DNA of 35,855 bases from Candidatus Hydrogenedentota bacterium (GTDB taxonomy: Bacteria; Hydrogenedentota; Hydrogenedentia; Hydrogenedentales; SLHB01). The notes under the pieces are model-generated. The model was given only the letters and a program-made list of their open reading frames with translations. It ran no database searches and was not told the DNA's origin. Position 1 is the stretch's first letter, and each line of letters starts with the position of its first letter. The position numbers and the translations under genes were made by a program. The stretch spans positions 1-35,855 of the forward strand of contig JAWXCN010000121.1 of assembly GCA_034408725.1 (NCBI GenBank). The letters run 5' to 3'. Below are positions 1 to 9,843 of this stretch, one piece after another.

Positions 1-1063
1 CGGCACCATCGGGTACGACATCGCGGGTACTGTGTACGAGGCAAAGCACACAACCCCGTTCGGCGAAGAGTTGGCTGAAATGTTCGCGCGCGCGCGCGAT
101 GCCGGCGAAACACATGTCGTGATGGAAGTCAGCTCGCACGCCCTCGAACAGGATCGCGTCGCCGGAATCCACTTCGCCTGCGCCGCCTTCACCAATCTCA
201 CGCAGGACCATCTCGACTATCACAAGGACATGGATTCGTATCGCAATGCAAAACTGCTCCTGTTCCAACGCATTGAAGGCGAAGGCAGTTTTACCGCGGT
301 GAACCTCGATGATCCCGCCGCACGCGCGTTCCAGGAAGCCTCCCGTGTTCCCTGCCATACGTTTGGCAAAAATGGCGACTACCGCGCTGTAAACCCGTCG
401 ATTGGCGCGCACCGCACGCAGTTCACGTTGCAAACGCCCTCGGGCGCCGCGCCAGTCACCATGCGCATGCTCGGCAAGCACAATGTATCCAACGCGCTCT
501 GCGCCGCGGCAATTTGCGGAGGACTCGGCCTCCCGGTAAACACTATCGCAACCGCCCTCGCTTCCATCGAAAGTGTGCCGGGCCGCTTCGAGCACGTCGA
601 CGCCGGGCAGGACTTCCAGGTGATTGTGGATTACGCGCACACGGATGACGGGTTGCGCAACGTACTCGTTGCAGCGCGCGAAATTTGTAATGGCCGTGTC
701 ATCGCCGTGTTCGGATGCGGCGGCGATCGCGATAAGGGTAAACGTCCAAAGATGGGGCGCGTAGCCGCGGAGCTCGCGGATTTCGCAATCGTCACGTCGG
801 ACAACCCGCGCAGTGAAGACCCCGAGCGCATACTCCTGGACATAGAAGTCGGTCTACAGCATGCCGGAAAAAGAAAGTACGATGATTACCTGATGATCCT
901 GGACCGGAAGGAAGCCATGCAGACCGCCATCGGCATGGCTAAGCCTGGAGACCTTGTGCTGATCGCCGGCAAAGGTCATGAGGATTATCAACTGCTCGGA
1001 CACACGCGCATCCATTTCGATGATCGGGAAATCGCCCGCGAGATACTGGTGGACCGCGCCTAG
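1..1063 (+). CDS. murE: UDP-N-acetylmuramoyl-L-alanyl-D-glutamate--2,6-diaminopimelate ligase (5' truncated by window)
   Basis: Motifs HTTP, VMEVSSHAL, FTNLTQDHLDYH, VPGRFE, VDYAHT, FGCGGDRDKGKRP, SDNPR (meso-DAP specificity), AGKGHEDYQ; first gene of the dcw run; frame open to window start. Confidence 0.97.
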   Translation, partial: GTIGYDIAGTVYEAKHTTPFGEELAEMFARARDAGETHVVMEVSSHALEQDRVAGIHFACAAFTNLTQDHLDYHKDMDSYRNAKLLLFQRIEGEGSFTAVNLDDPAARAFQEASRVPCHTFGKNGDYRAVNPSIGAHRTQFTLQTPSGAAPVTMRMLGKHNVSNALCAAAICGGLGLPVNTIATALASIESVPGRFEHVDAGQDFQVIVDYAHTDDGLRNVLVAAREICNGRVIAVFGCGGDRDKGKRPKMGRVAAELADFAIVTSDNPRSEDPERILLDIEVGLQHAGKRKYDDYLMILDRKEAMQTAIGMAKPGDLVLIAGKGHEDYQLLGHTRIHFDDREIAREILVDRA

Positions 1064-2404
1064 ATGAGCTGGAACTACTCGTTGCACGAACTCGCTCGTG
1101 CGGTTGGCGCTTCGGTTCAGGAATCCAACACAACATTTTCGGCAATCTCGACCGACACCCGCACCATCGCGCCCGGCGATGTTTTCTTCGCGCTCACCGG
1201 TGAAAACTTCGATGGCAACGAATACGTTGCGGAAGCTTTCGCGAAGGGCGCTTCTGCCGCCGTGACAGCGAGGCACAACAACGCAGGCACGTGCATCGTT
1301 GTCCACGACACGCAGGCCGCGCTCCAGGCGTTCGCGGGATTCCATCGCGATCATTACACGCTTTCCGTGCTCGCAATCACGGGTTCATGCGGAAAAACTA
1401 CCTCCAAAGACATGATCGCCGCCGTGTTGTCTACCCGCTTGCGCGTTGTTAAAACCCGTGGAAACCTGAACAACGAAATCGGGTGTCCGTTATCCGTACT
1501 GAAAATCGATTCCGAAACCGATGCAGCCGTAATCGAAATGGGTGCGGCGCATCCAGGCAACATCGCGGACTTGTGCGCATTCGTCAAACCGACCGAAGCA
1601 GCCGTTACGCTCGTTGCTCCCGCCCACCTCGAAGGCTTCGGGACGATAGAAAACATCGCGCTCACCAAAGGCGAGATCGCCGAATCTCTCCCGGCCAGTG
1701 GCATCTTTTACGTGAACAACGATAATCCATGGTGCGTGAAAATTGCCGGGCGCGCCGCGTGCCAACTTGTCACCTATGGGCAGCGGGGCGATGTCGCGCT
1801 CCGGAGCTGCACCTTGGAATCGTCAGGCGAAATGCTGCTGGACATAGACCCCGTAGGCCGCATTCATATTACATTGCCCTCGCGTGCGCACGTTTCCAAC
1901 GTGCTCCTAGCCATCGCCGTCGGATTGCAGCATGGCATCATCGAGTTCGAAGCGCCGTTGCGCGCCGCCGCCGCGGACCCCGTCCGTTTCAAACGCCTGC
2001 GTATCGGCGCGCTCGATGTCATCGACGACTCCTACAACGCCAGTCCCGCGAGCATGTCCGCCGCGTTGGAAGGTTTGGCCGGAAACCCTCGAGGCGCGCA
2101 CATTGCCGCGCTCGGAGACATGCTCGAGCTAGGCCCCGATTCCGCCACGTTGCATAGAAGTATCGGCGAGCTCGCCGGACAACTTGGCATCGACCACGTG
2201 TTTGCCCTCGGCAACTTCGCATCTGTTATCATTGAAGGCGCTCGAGTTGCAGGGGTTCCTCACGCCGAAGTTTTTCCCGATCACGCCGCAATCGCGCGCG
2301 CGGTGCTTGACATTGCGCGGCCCGGTGATGTCCTGCTCGTAAAGGGCTCTCGGGGCATGCGGATGGAACGCGTGATCGATCAGCTTCGTCTGGCTTCCGG
2401 ATAA
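1064..2404 (+). CDS. murF: UDP-N-acetylmuramoyl-tripeptide--D-alanyl-D-alanine ligase
   Basis: STDTR, AITGSCGKTTSKDM, GNLNNEIGCPL, DDSYNASPASM, LGDMLELG, LVKGSRGMRME; synteny after murE. Confidence 0.97.
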   Translation: MSWNYSLHELARAVGASVQESNTTFSAISTDTRTIAPGDVFFALTGENFDGNEYVAEAFAKGASAAVTARHNNAGTCIVVHDTQAALQAFAGFHRDHYTLSVLAITGSCGKTTSKDMIAAVLSTRLRVVKTRGNLNNEIGCPLSVLKIDSETDAAVIEMGAAHPGNIADLCAFVKPTEAAVTLVAPAHLEGFGTIENIALTKGEIAESLPASGIFYVNNDNPWCVKIAGRAACQLVTYGQRGDVALRSCTLESSGEMLLDIDPVGRIHITLPSRAHVSNVLLAIAVGLQHGIIEFEAPLRAAAADPVRFKRLRIGALDVIDDSYNASPASMSAALEGLAGNPRGAHIAALGDMLELGPDSATLHRSIGELAGQLGIDHVFALGNFASVIIEGARVAGVPHAEVFPDHAAIARAVLDIARPGDVLLVKGSRGMRMERVIDQLRLASG

Positions 2405-2408
2405 CATC

Positions 2409-3890
2409 ATGCTCTACTACCTTGGCCTATTGTTGCGGCCGGAATTTTCGGCATTCAACGTGCTCACGTACAACACCGTCCGCGCGGGCGGCGCCGCACT
2501 TACCGCATTCGCAATCTCGCTCATCATCGGGCCCACTGTTATTCGTCTGCTGCGCTCATTAAAGATCGGCCAATACATCAAGAAGGATCATGTTGCCGAC
2601 CTCCACGCCTTGCACAAAAATAAGGCGGGCACGCCGACAATGGGCGGCGCGCTGATTGTCCTGTCCATGCTCATGTCCCTTGCCCTCTGGGGGCGTTTCA
2701 CAAACCGGCTGCTGCTCATTGCACTCGCCGTTGTGTTTCTGTTGGGCACGGTCGGGTTCATAGACGACTTCATCAAGCTCCGCCGCAAACATAATCACGG
2801 ACTTAGCGCAAAGGGGAAATTCCTGGGCCAGATACTCGTCGGCCTTATGCTCGGCGCGTACCTCGTGTGGAGTCCCATAGCGTTTAGCGCTACCTACGTG
2901 GCCATACACGACGTAACAAATTGGGACGCATTTACACAAGAACTTCAGCATCCGTTTTCCACGCCACAAACCGCCGCGGAACGCTCCATCGCCGCGCTCC
3001 CCGAAAGTACGCGCGCCCTGATCGCCGCCGCGCCGGACAAAACGCGATGGGACAGTGAGACCCAGCGAAATGTACTCGATGGTTTTCGCAATGTCGTCGA
3101 ACGGCGCGATCTCTATGACTCCGCGCTCTGGAAGGATCTTCCGTTGACCCCGGAAGCGCGTCGCTACCTCGAGTATGGCGTTGCGTCGTTGACGGACCGT
3201 GAAGTCCAACGTCTGAACCGCCTGCTCCTCGAAGCTGCGTTTCCAGAGGCCATAGAAATCAGCCCGCCCAACGTCCATTCCAAAGTGGAAGTGCCCGGCC
3301 TCAAAATGACACTCATTTCGATGGGCGCTGTCTATGCCGCGTTCGTGTTGCTCATCATCGTTTGTTCATCCAACGCAGTAAATCTTACTGATGGCCTCGA
3401 CGGTCTCGCCATCGGAGCTTCCATCATCTCGCTCTTGACATACACCGGTATTGCCTACGTCGTCAGCCGAGCGGATTGGTCGGAATACCTGTTCCTAATT
3501 CACGTTCCCGAAGCCGCCGAACTTACCGTGTTCGGCGCCGCGATGCTGGGCGCGGGCCTCGGCTTTCTCTGGTTCAACTGCCATCCTGCCGAAGTCTTCA
3601 TGGGCGACACCGGCTCGCTCGCGCTCGGCGGCGCGCTCGGGGCAATGGCCATTCTCACGAAACAGGAATTACTGCTAATCGTCGTGGGCGGACTGTTCGT
3701 TGTCGAGGCGATGAGCGTCGTGATTCAGGTCGCCTCTTTCAAGTTGCGCGGCAAACGCGTCTTCCGCATGGCCCCCTTGCATCACCATTTTGAACTTCGC
3801 GGGTGGAACGAAACCAAGGTGGTAATCCGGTTCTGGGTGATTGCCCTCATCTTCGCGTTGATGAGTCTCGCGACCCTGAAGCTACGCTAA
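2409..3890 (+). CDS. mraY: Phospho-N-acetylmuramoyl-pentapeptide transferase, with large soluble insertion
   Basis: KAGTPTMGG, GFIDDFIK, SNAVNLTDGLDGLA, PAEVFMGDTGSLALG, MAPLHHHFE; 493 aa versus the usual ~360. Confidence 0.97.
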   Translation: MLYYLGLLLRPEFSAFNVLTYNTVRAGGAALTAFAISLIIGPTVIRLLRSLKIGQYIKKDHVADLHALHKNKAGTPTMGGALIVLSMLMSLALWGRFTNRLLLIALAVVFLLGTVGFIDDFIKLRRKHNHGLSAKGKFLGQILVGLMLGAYLVWSPIAFSATYVAIHDVTNWDAFTQELQHPFSTPQTAAERSIAALPESTRALIAAAPDKTRWDSETQRNVLDGFRNVVERRDLYDSALWKDLPLTPEARRYLEYGVASLTDREVQRLNRLLLEAAFPEAIEISPPNVHSKVEVPGLKMTLISMGAVYAAFVLLIIVCSSNAVNLTDGLDGLAIGASIISLLTYTGIAYVVSRADWSEYLFLIHVPEAAELTVFGAAMLGAGLGFLWFNCHPAEVFMGDTGSLALGGALGAMAILTKQELLLIVVGGLFVVEAMSVVIQVASFKLRGKRVFRMAPLHHHFELRGWNETKVVIRFWVIALIFALMSLATLKLR

Positions 3891-3892
3891 CC

Positions 3893-5245
3893 GTGGACGT
3901 GCAAGGAAAAAAAGTTACCGTCGTTGGCATTGGCCGCACCGCGGTGTCGCTTGCGCGGCTCCTGATACGCGAAGGCGCGGAGCCGTTTCTCACAGACGCG
4001 AAATCCGCGTTGGAACTCGCCGATTACACAATCGAACTCGACGCGATGGGCGTACCGTATGAAACCGGTGGCCATACAGACCGCGCGTTTGACCGCGCCG
4101 CCGTCGTCGTGCCGAGTCCCGGCGTGCCGCCTGCATTGGAGTGCATACGTCGCGCTCAGGAATCCGGCGCGGAAGTCATCAGCGAACTCGAGTTCTCGTT
4201 TCCTCATTGCAAATCGCGCATCCTCGCCGTCACCGGCACCAACGGCAAGACCACGACGACTGAACTGCTTCGCCACCTGGTCGGCGCGTGCGGACACGAC
4301 GTTGTCCTCGCCGGAAACAACAACACACCGTTTTCGACGGCTGTCCTCAATGATTCGCAGCCTCCGTTCATCGTGCTCGAGATTAGCAGCTATCAATTGG
4401 AACTCATCCAAACGTTCCGTCCCTGGATTGCGACGGTGTTGAACATCTCGCCGGACCACCTCGCGCGACACGGCAGCGTGGAAGCGTATGCCGCCGCGAA
4501 GGCCCGGATTTTCGCGTGCCAGGACGAAACTGACTCGGCCGCGATTAACGTCGATGATCCCGTGGTCCGCGCAATGGAAAAATCGGCCCGCGCCACTCTC
4601 TGGCACTACAGCCTCTTGGAGAAAGTGGAGCGCGGCCTGTGGTTGCGCGGTGATGCAATCTACCTCGGAGATTTGCACGTCGCCGATACTTCCGACACTC
4701 TTCTCCCCGGACGCCACAACTTGCAGAATGTTCTAGCCGCGTTGACGATGCTGTACGCCGGTGGATTCGATTGGGATGACACTATCGCCGGACTCCGCAC
4801 GTTTCGCGGCGTCGAACATCGCATCGAATACGTCATGACTATCGAAGACGTCGATTACTTCAACGACTCGAAATCCACAAACATCGATAGCCTGCGCGTG
4901 GCCCTGGAAAGTTTTACCAAGCCGGTGGTGCTTATCGCGGGTGGCCGCGGCAAAGGCGCCGATTACGCGCCGTTGCGCGCGCTGGTGCAAAAGCATGTAA
5001 AACATCTCGTCTGTATCGGAGAAGACACCACCCTGCTGGAAACCGCGTTCGGCGATATCGTCACGCATGCGCGCGCATCGAGCATGGCCGATGCAGTCGC
5101 CGCCGCCGCCGAATCGGCTAAACCCGGCGACGCAGTCCTGCTCTCTCCGGCCTGCGCCAGCTTCGACATGTTTAACAACTTTGAACACCGCGGCACGGTG
5201 TTCAAAGAATCCGTTCGCCGCCACGCCGAAGGAGTGTTGTCATGA
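3893..5245 (+). CDS. murD: UDP-N-acetylmuramoyl-L-alanine--D-glutamate ligase
   Basis: GTG start just after the mraY stop; SPGVP, AVTGTNGKTTTT, LEISSYQLE, NISPDHL, NDSKSTN, LLSPACASFDMFNNFEHRG. Confidence 0.97.
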   Translation: MDVQGKKVTVVGIGRTAVSLARLLIREGAEPFLTDAKSALELADYTIELDAMGVPYETGGHTDRAFDRAAVVVPSPGVPPALECIRRAQESGAEVISELEFSFPHCKSRILAVTGTNGKTTTTELLRHLVGACGHDVVLAGNNNTPFSTAVLNDSQPPFIVLEISSYQLELIQTFRPWIATVLNISPDHLARHGSVEAYAAAKARIFACQDETDSAAINVDDPVVRAMEKSARATLWHYSLLEKVERGLWLRGDAIYLGDLHVADTSDTLLPGRHNLQNVLAALTMLYAGGFDWDDTIAGLRTFRGVEHRIEYVMTIEDVDYFNDSKSTNIDSLRVALESFTKPVVLIAGGRGKGADYAPLRALVQKHVKHLVCIGEDTTLLETAFGDIVTHARASSMADAVAAAAESAKPGDAVLLSPACASFDMFNNFEHRGTVFKESVRRHAEGVLS

Positions 5246-6378
5246 AACGGGAAACCTTGTTTGCAATGAACATCACGATCGCACTCGTGCTGATCGGCTT
5301 GGTCATGGCTTACAGCGCGGGTATCGGCCGGCCCCAACCCGGGGGCCATATCTCAGACCCCCTCGACTTCCTGAAATCTCACGGCGCATACGCCGCCCTG
5401 GGTCTGTGCCTAATGCTGGTCGCCGCGCGCATGGACTATCACGTTTGGCAGGCAAGACCCGTCGCATGGCTCATCGGCGGCTCGACCCTAGTGTTTCTCG
5501 TCCTCGTCTTAATCATGGGCGACGAAGTCCGCGGCGCGCGGCGTTGGCTCAGTTTCGGCGGGTTCGGATTCCAGCCCAGTGAACTTGCCAAGCTCGCGCT
5601 AATCATCGCGCTCGCCGTAAAACTGGCGGAAAACCAGACCAGTATTCGGAAGTTCTGGACCGGTTTTCTTCCTCCCATCATTATTACCGCAGCGTTTGCC
5701 GGTCTCGTTTTGCTCGAACAAGACCTCGGAACGCCCGTCGTGTTGGGCACGGTTGCCATAGCGATGATCTTCATGGCGGGCGGAAAACTCTGGCACATCG
5801 CGCTCGTTAGCGCCCCTGCCGTCGCGGGCGTCGTCGCGGCGATTCGCACCAGCCCTGAGCGCATGGAACGCATCACCACCTTTATCCGCCCTTGGGAGCA
5901 CCGCTCCGATGGCGCGCTCCAGCTCATCGAATCGATGGCGGGATTCGCGCGCGGCGGGGTGTGGGGAAGGGGGCTCGGCGCTGGTGAACAAAAATTGTTT
6001 TGGCTGCCCGATGCGCATTCCGACTTCATCTTTTCCGTCTGGGGCGAAGAGATGGGCCTCGCGGGTACGCTGGTGTTGGTGGCGCTGTTTTCGCTATTGC
6101 TTATCGTGTCGTTGCGCATTGCCGTGTGCGCGCGAGACCTGTTCGGCACCCTGCTCGCCAGCGGCGTCGTTACGTTGATCACCGTGCAGGCCGCCTTCAA
6201 CATGGGTGTGACCACCGGACTCTTGCCCACTAAAGGACTCGGACTTCCGTTCATCAGCGCCGGGGGCAGTTCGCTCGTCATGAACATGCTGCTCATCGGC
6301 ATTCTGCTTAGCGTAGGCTCGCGCGCCGTCGAGCGCGATCGGCCCGTGCCGATGGCCGCGGTGCCGCATCGGGCATAA
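5242..6378 (+). CDS. ftsW: SEDS peptidoglycan polymerase FtsW
   Basis: GARRWL, FQPSELAK, QDLGT, LPDAHSDFIFS..GEEMG, GLLPTKGLGLPFISAGGSS; position between murD and murG. Confidence 0.96.
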   Translation: MKRETLFAMNITIALVLIGLVMAYSAGIGRPQPGGHISDPLDFLKSHGAYAALGLCLMLVAARMDYHVWQARPVAWLIGGSTLVFLVLVLIMGDEVRGARRWLSFGGFGFQPSELAKLALIIALAVKLAENQTSIRKFWTGFLPPIIITAAFAGLVLLEQDLGTPVVLGTVAIAMIFMAGGKLWHIALVSAPAVAGVVAAIRTSPERMERITTFIRPWEHRSDGALQLIESMAGFARGGVWGRGLGAGEQKLFWLPDAHSDFIFSVWGEEMGLAGTLVLVALFSLLLIVSLRIAVCARDLFGTLLASGVVTLITVQAAFNMGVTTGLLPTKGLGLPFISAGGSSLVMNMLLIGILLSVGSRAVERDRPVPMAAVPHRA

Positions 6379-6380
6379 CC

Positions 6381-7487
6381 GTGAAGCTGGTTATTACAGG
6401 CGGCGGCACAGGCGGCCACACGTCCCCAGCGGTCGCCGTGTACGAAGAACTGCTGCGTCGTGATCCGCGGCTCAGCGTGCTCTGGATCGGTCGCGCTGGC
6501 GCCATTGAGAATCGCATCTGCGCCGCCAAGGGAATCCCGTTTCGCTCCCTGCCGGTTGAAGGCTGGCCCCGCAAGAAAATCCTCCGCCGCGGCTTTGTGG
6601 CCGCGAAGCTCGCATGGTCGATGGCCCGCGCATGGGTCTACCTGCGCAACTTCGAGCCGGACGTCGTGTTCGGCGTCGGTGGTTACGTGTCGCTTCCGGC
6701 GATGCTGCTTGCCCCCCGCATGGGGATTCCGACAGTTCTTCATGAGCAGAACCGGCTGCTTGGCGTAACCAACCGGGTCGCGGCAAAAAACGCGTCGCGA
6801 ATTTTTCTCAGCTTCGAAGACACGGTAGGCGCTTTCCCGCGAGAGCGCGCACGGGTTGTGGGCAACCCCGTACGTTCCGCGTTCGCATCGCCACTCGATA
6901 AAAAAGCGGCAATCGAACAGTTTTCACTGGACCCAAACATACCTATTTTGCTAGTATGCGGAGGTAGTCAGGGTGCCCGGTCCATTAACGACGCCGTAAC
7001 CGGAATGCTCAGCGCATTGGCGCCAAACGAGGTTCAACTGATCTGGATGACTGGCAACGCCGATGCAGCTCCCGCGCGTGAAACCGCCCGTTCAGCGCGA
7101 ACGCCCGTCCATGTCTACGCGTTTATCGAAGACATGGCCGCGGCCTGCGCCGCCGCCGATCTCATCATCACCCGGTCCGGGGCTTCAACCACTGCTGAAA
7201 TCGCGTTAATGCGCAAACCTTCCATCCTCATTCCCTATCCTCACGCGACCGACAACCATCAGGCGCACAACGCGCTGTCGTTCGTCGATGCCGGCGCTTC
7301 CATTGTGCTGGAGGACGCCGCGCTTTCTCCCGAAATTCTGTTGCAGCAGGTTCGCGGTTTATTGAACGATCCCGATCGCGTGAGGGCGATGGGAGATGCC
7401 GCCGGAACGCTGGCTACACCGGGGGCCGCAGACAGCATTGCCGCCGAAATTCTCGCGCTGGCCTTCCTCGAGAGGGTTCCTGTGTGA
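6381..7487 (+). CDS. murG: Undecaprenyl-PP-MurNAc-pentapeptide N-acetylglucosamine transferase
   Basis: GGGTGGH, GVGGYVS, HEQN, GNPVR, GGSQGA, TRSGAST, DNHQAHNA. Confidence 0.97.
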   Translation: MKLVITGGGTGGHTSPAVAVYEELLRRDPRLSVLWIGRAGAIENRICAAKGIPFRSLPVEGWPRKKILRRGFVAAKLAWSMARAWVYLRNFEPDVVFGVGGYVSLPAMLLAPRMGIPTVLHEQNRLLGVTNRVAAKNASRIFLSFEDTVGAFPRERARVVGNPVRSAFASPLDKKAAIEQFSLDPNIPILLVCGGSQGARSINDAVTGMLSALAPNEVQLIWMTGNADAAPARETARSARTPVHVYAFIEDMAAACAAADLIITRSGASTTAEIALMRKPSILIPYPHATDNHQAHNALSFVDAGASIVLEDAALSPEILLQQVRGLLNDPDRVRAMGDAAGTLATPGAADSIAAEILALAFLERVPV

Positions 7488-8494
7488 ATCCCCGAGCAAA
7501 AAACGGCGCGGACCCCGTCGACAAACTTTTCCGGTCGATACCGATAGTGAGCCTGCTCGCCGATTCCGTGCTGGATTTCGACATATACGTTCGCACGCGT
7601 AAAGACCTTAATCCAGTCCTGTTTCGCGGGAAGGATTTACCGCTCACGTCGGATACGCTTCAACGGCTCAGCGAAAATCGGCACGAATCGATTCTCATAC
7701 CGGTGACTCAGGAACGGGCCTATGCGCGCTATCTGGAACAGCACCTGGAATTAGTTCTTCACGATGAAAGGACGCCCGTGCGCGACCGGTCCAGCGTCTT
7801 GTACACGACCGCGCACACGATGGTCGAGGACATCTTTGCCAGCCCCGAATCCACCGAAATGATGAAACGCGGCAAAGACCTTGTCGGGTTCATGACCGAG
7901 TTCCTCGTTCGCGAACCATCGTCGTTTCATCATCTCGCGGATCTGGTCTCCTGTGACTACTACACCTACACACACAGCGTGAACGTATTCGTCTACGGCT
8001 TTTCGCTTGCCTATCGGGCGGGCATCGCCGATCCCGATACCTTGCTCGAATTCGGTTACGGCACCTTGCTGCACGATGTCGGCAAGACCCGTATTCCTCA
8101 AGGTATTCTGCGGAACAAAGGCAAACTTTCCGAAGACGAATGGAAACAGATGCGCTTGCATCCCGTGTATGGTTATGAACTTCTGAAAGATCACGGCGTA
8201 TTCACCGACCTTGCCTTGGACGTCACCCGGCATCACCACGAAAAAATAGGTGGCGGGGGATATCCGGATAATCTCAACGCGAAAGGCATCGACCCGCTCG
8301 TCCGCGTGTCAACAATTGCCGATATATTCGACGCGCTCACGACGCGCCGCACGTACAAATCCGCAATGGACAGCTATTCCGCGCTGGAACTGATGCGGGA
8401 CCAGATGGCGCAGGACCTTGATCCCGAGCTGTTCCGGATCTTCGTCGAACTCATGGGAAGCACGCCCGAAGGCGTGCTTCCTCAAGAGCGCTAG
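7484..8494 (+). CDS. HD-GYP domain protein (putative cyclic di-nucleotide phosphodiesterase)
   Basis: YTYTHSVNV, LLHDVGK, HHHEKIGGGGYP, IADIFDALTTRRTYK; GTG start overlaps the murG stop (GTGA). Confidence 0.9.
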   Translation: MNPRAKNGADPVDKLFRSIPIVSLLADSVLDFDIYVRTRKDLNPVLFRGKDLPLTSDTLQRLSENRHESILIPVTQERAYARYLEQHLELVLHDERTPVRDRSSVLYTTAHTMVEDIFASPESTEMMKRGKDLVGFMTEFLVREPSSFHHLADLVSCDYYTYTHSVNVFVYGFSLAYRAGIADPDTLLEFGYGTLLHDVGKTRIPQGILRNKGKLSEDEWKQMRLHPVYGYELLKDHGVFTDLALDVTRHHHEKIGGGGYPDNLNAKGIDPLVRVSTIADIFDALTTRRTYKSAMDSYSALELMRDQMAQDLDPELFRIFVELMGSTPEGVLPQER

Positions 8495-8587
8495 CGCGGA
8501 TCCGCGGCAAGAAATTCTTTTGCCCTTGCAGATTGTAAGCGCCGGCACATTGGAGTATTCTGCGGCCTTCCAATTGGGGAGGGGGCG

Positions 8588-9787
8588 ATGTCCGAGTCCA
8601 CGCTTGCACCTATAGCGGAAACAACCCGATTCAAACGCGTGGTATCTGTAGACGCCCTCCGCGGCTTCGACATGTTCTGGATCGCCGGCGCGGACGGCCT
8701 CATCACATCGCTCGGCCGGGTGAGCGAATCTCCTCTGGCGCAAAACCTCTCGGCGCAACTTCGTCACGTTCGCTGGCAAGGGTTCGTCTTTTACGATCTC
8801 ATCTTTCCCCTCTTTGTCTTTCTCGTCGGCATGTCGATTGTCTTCTCGTTGGACAAGATCATCGCGAAAGAAGGCCTTCGCGCCGCGCACATCCGCATTC
8901 TCAAACGCTTCGCACTGCTCTACCTTCTCGCCATTCTGAAAGACAGCGGCATCAGCGATATGGGCCACGAAAGCCCCTTTAGCGGTGTCTTGCAACGCAT
9001 CGCCTGGTGTTACCTATTCACTGCCGTGCTCTATTGCAACCTACGGCGGCGCGGACTTGCGATTGTCTGCGGCGCGATCCTCATCGGATATTGGACGCTG
9101 CTAACCTTCGTCGCCCCGCCCGGCCAGGAAACCATCTCCTACGAATCCGAGAAGAACATCGTTACCTGGTTCGATTCGCAGTACCTGCCATTCCGCGAAG
9201 CGGGCCAACGCTACGACCCCGAAGGTCTTCTCAGCACATTCCCGGCGGTCGCATCCTGTCTCTTCGGTGTATTCGCCGGTTATGCCATGCGCGACGGCAA
9301 ACTAAACCCGCGCAACCGCGCCTTCGCGTTCCTCGCAATCGGCGTCGCGCTCGCTATTACCGGCTACGCATGGGCCGGTTCCTTCGATTCGCACGCCCAG
9401 ATTTCACGGGACATGGCAGTCCCAAGTCCTGATATCGACCGTCTCTGGTGGCAAATGCCCATCATCAAGAAAATTTGGACGTCGTCCTACGTGCTTGTCG
9501 CCGCTGGCTGGAGCTGCGTGCTCGTCGGTATCTTCTCGCTCGTCATCGACGTGCTCAAATTCGAGCGCTGGGCTATCCCCTTCATCTGGATTGGGACCAA
9601 TCCCCTCGCCGTATATCTCGCGCAAGACTTCATCGCATTCGACGACCTCGGCAACCGTACCGCCGGCGGTCCGTTCGCAACGCTCTTCGGAAAATACGCC
9701 CCGCTCATACCTTCCCTCGCGTCCATTGTGTTTGTTTTTCTCTTTGCCCGGTTCCTGTACAAACGAAAAATATTCCTTCGCGTTTAA
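8588..9787 (+). CDS. DUF5009 / heparan-alpha-glucosaminide N-acetyltransferase (HGSNAT)-like membrane acyltransferase
   Basis: RVVSVDALRGFDM, DLIFPLFVFLVGMS, GVLQRIA, DPEGLLST, PIIKKIWTSSYVL, GTNPLAVY; many TM segments; GGAGG RBS. Confidence 0.85.
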   Translation: MSESTLAPIAETTRFKRVVSVDALRGFDMFWIAGADGLITSLGRVSESPLAQNLSAQLRHVRWQGFVFYDLIFPLFVFLVGMSIVFSLDKIIAKEGLRAAHIRILKRFALLYLLAILKDSGISDMGHESPFSGVLQRIAWCYLFTAVLYCNLRRRGLAIVCGAILIGYWTLLTFVAPPGQETISYESEKNIVTWFDSQYLPFREAGQRYDPEGLLSTFPAVASCLFGVFAGYAMRDGKLNPRNRAFAFLAIGVALAITGYAWAGSFDSHAQISRDMAVPSPDIDRLWWQMPIIKKIWTSSYVLVAAGWSCVLVGIFSLVIDVLKFERWAIPFIWIGTNPLAVYLAQDFIAFDDLGNRTAGGPFATLFGKYAPLIPSLASIVFVFLFARFLYKRKIFLRV

Positions 9788-9843
9788 CTCGCTCCCAGAC
9801 TTCAACGGGCCATGCGTGCGGCCAAAAATGAAGGAGTTGCGGT

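Noticed and set aside
1061-1066. murE TAG directly followed in frame by murF ATG, suggesting a MurE-MurF fusion or genome-wide TAG recoding (with the sialidase TAG-ATG case)
   Set aside because: TAG ends katA, the HD-GYP, PIN, VOC and sialidase genes at expected positions, and the paralogous PIN and VOC remnants have TAA at the equivalent codon. TAG is therefore a normal stop, and abutting murE/murF is ordinary.
2880-3281. MraY insertion as an intein
   Set aside because: No N-terminal Cys/Ser block A, no C-terminal His-Asn followed by Cys/Ser/Thr, and no LAGLIDADG motifs.
5439-6743. 434-aa - strand ORF, and similar long antisense ORFs (9802-10875, 3887-4717, 31374-32207)
   Set aside because: They overlap well-supported genes on the opposite strand, as expected in GC-rich DNA.
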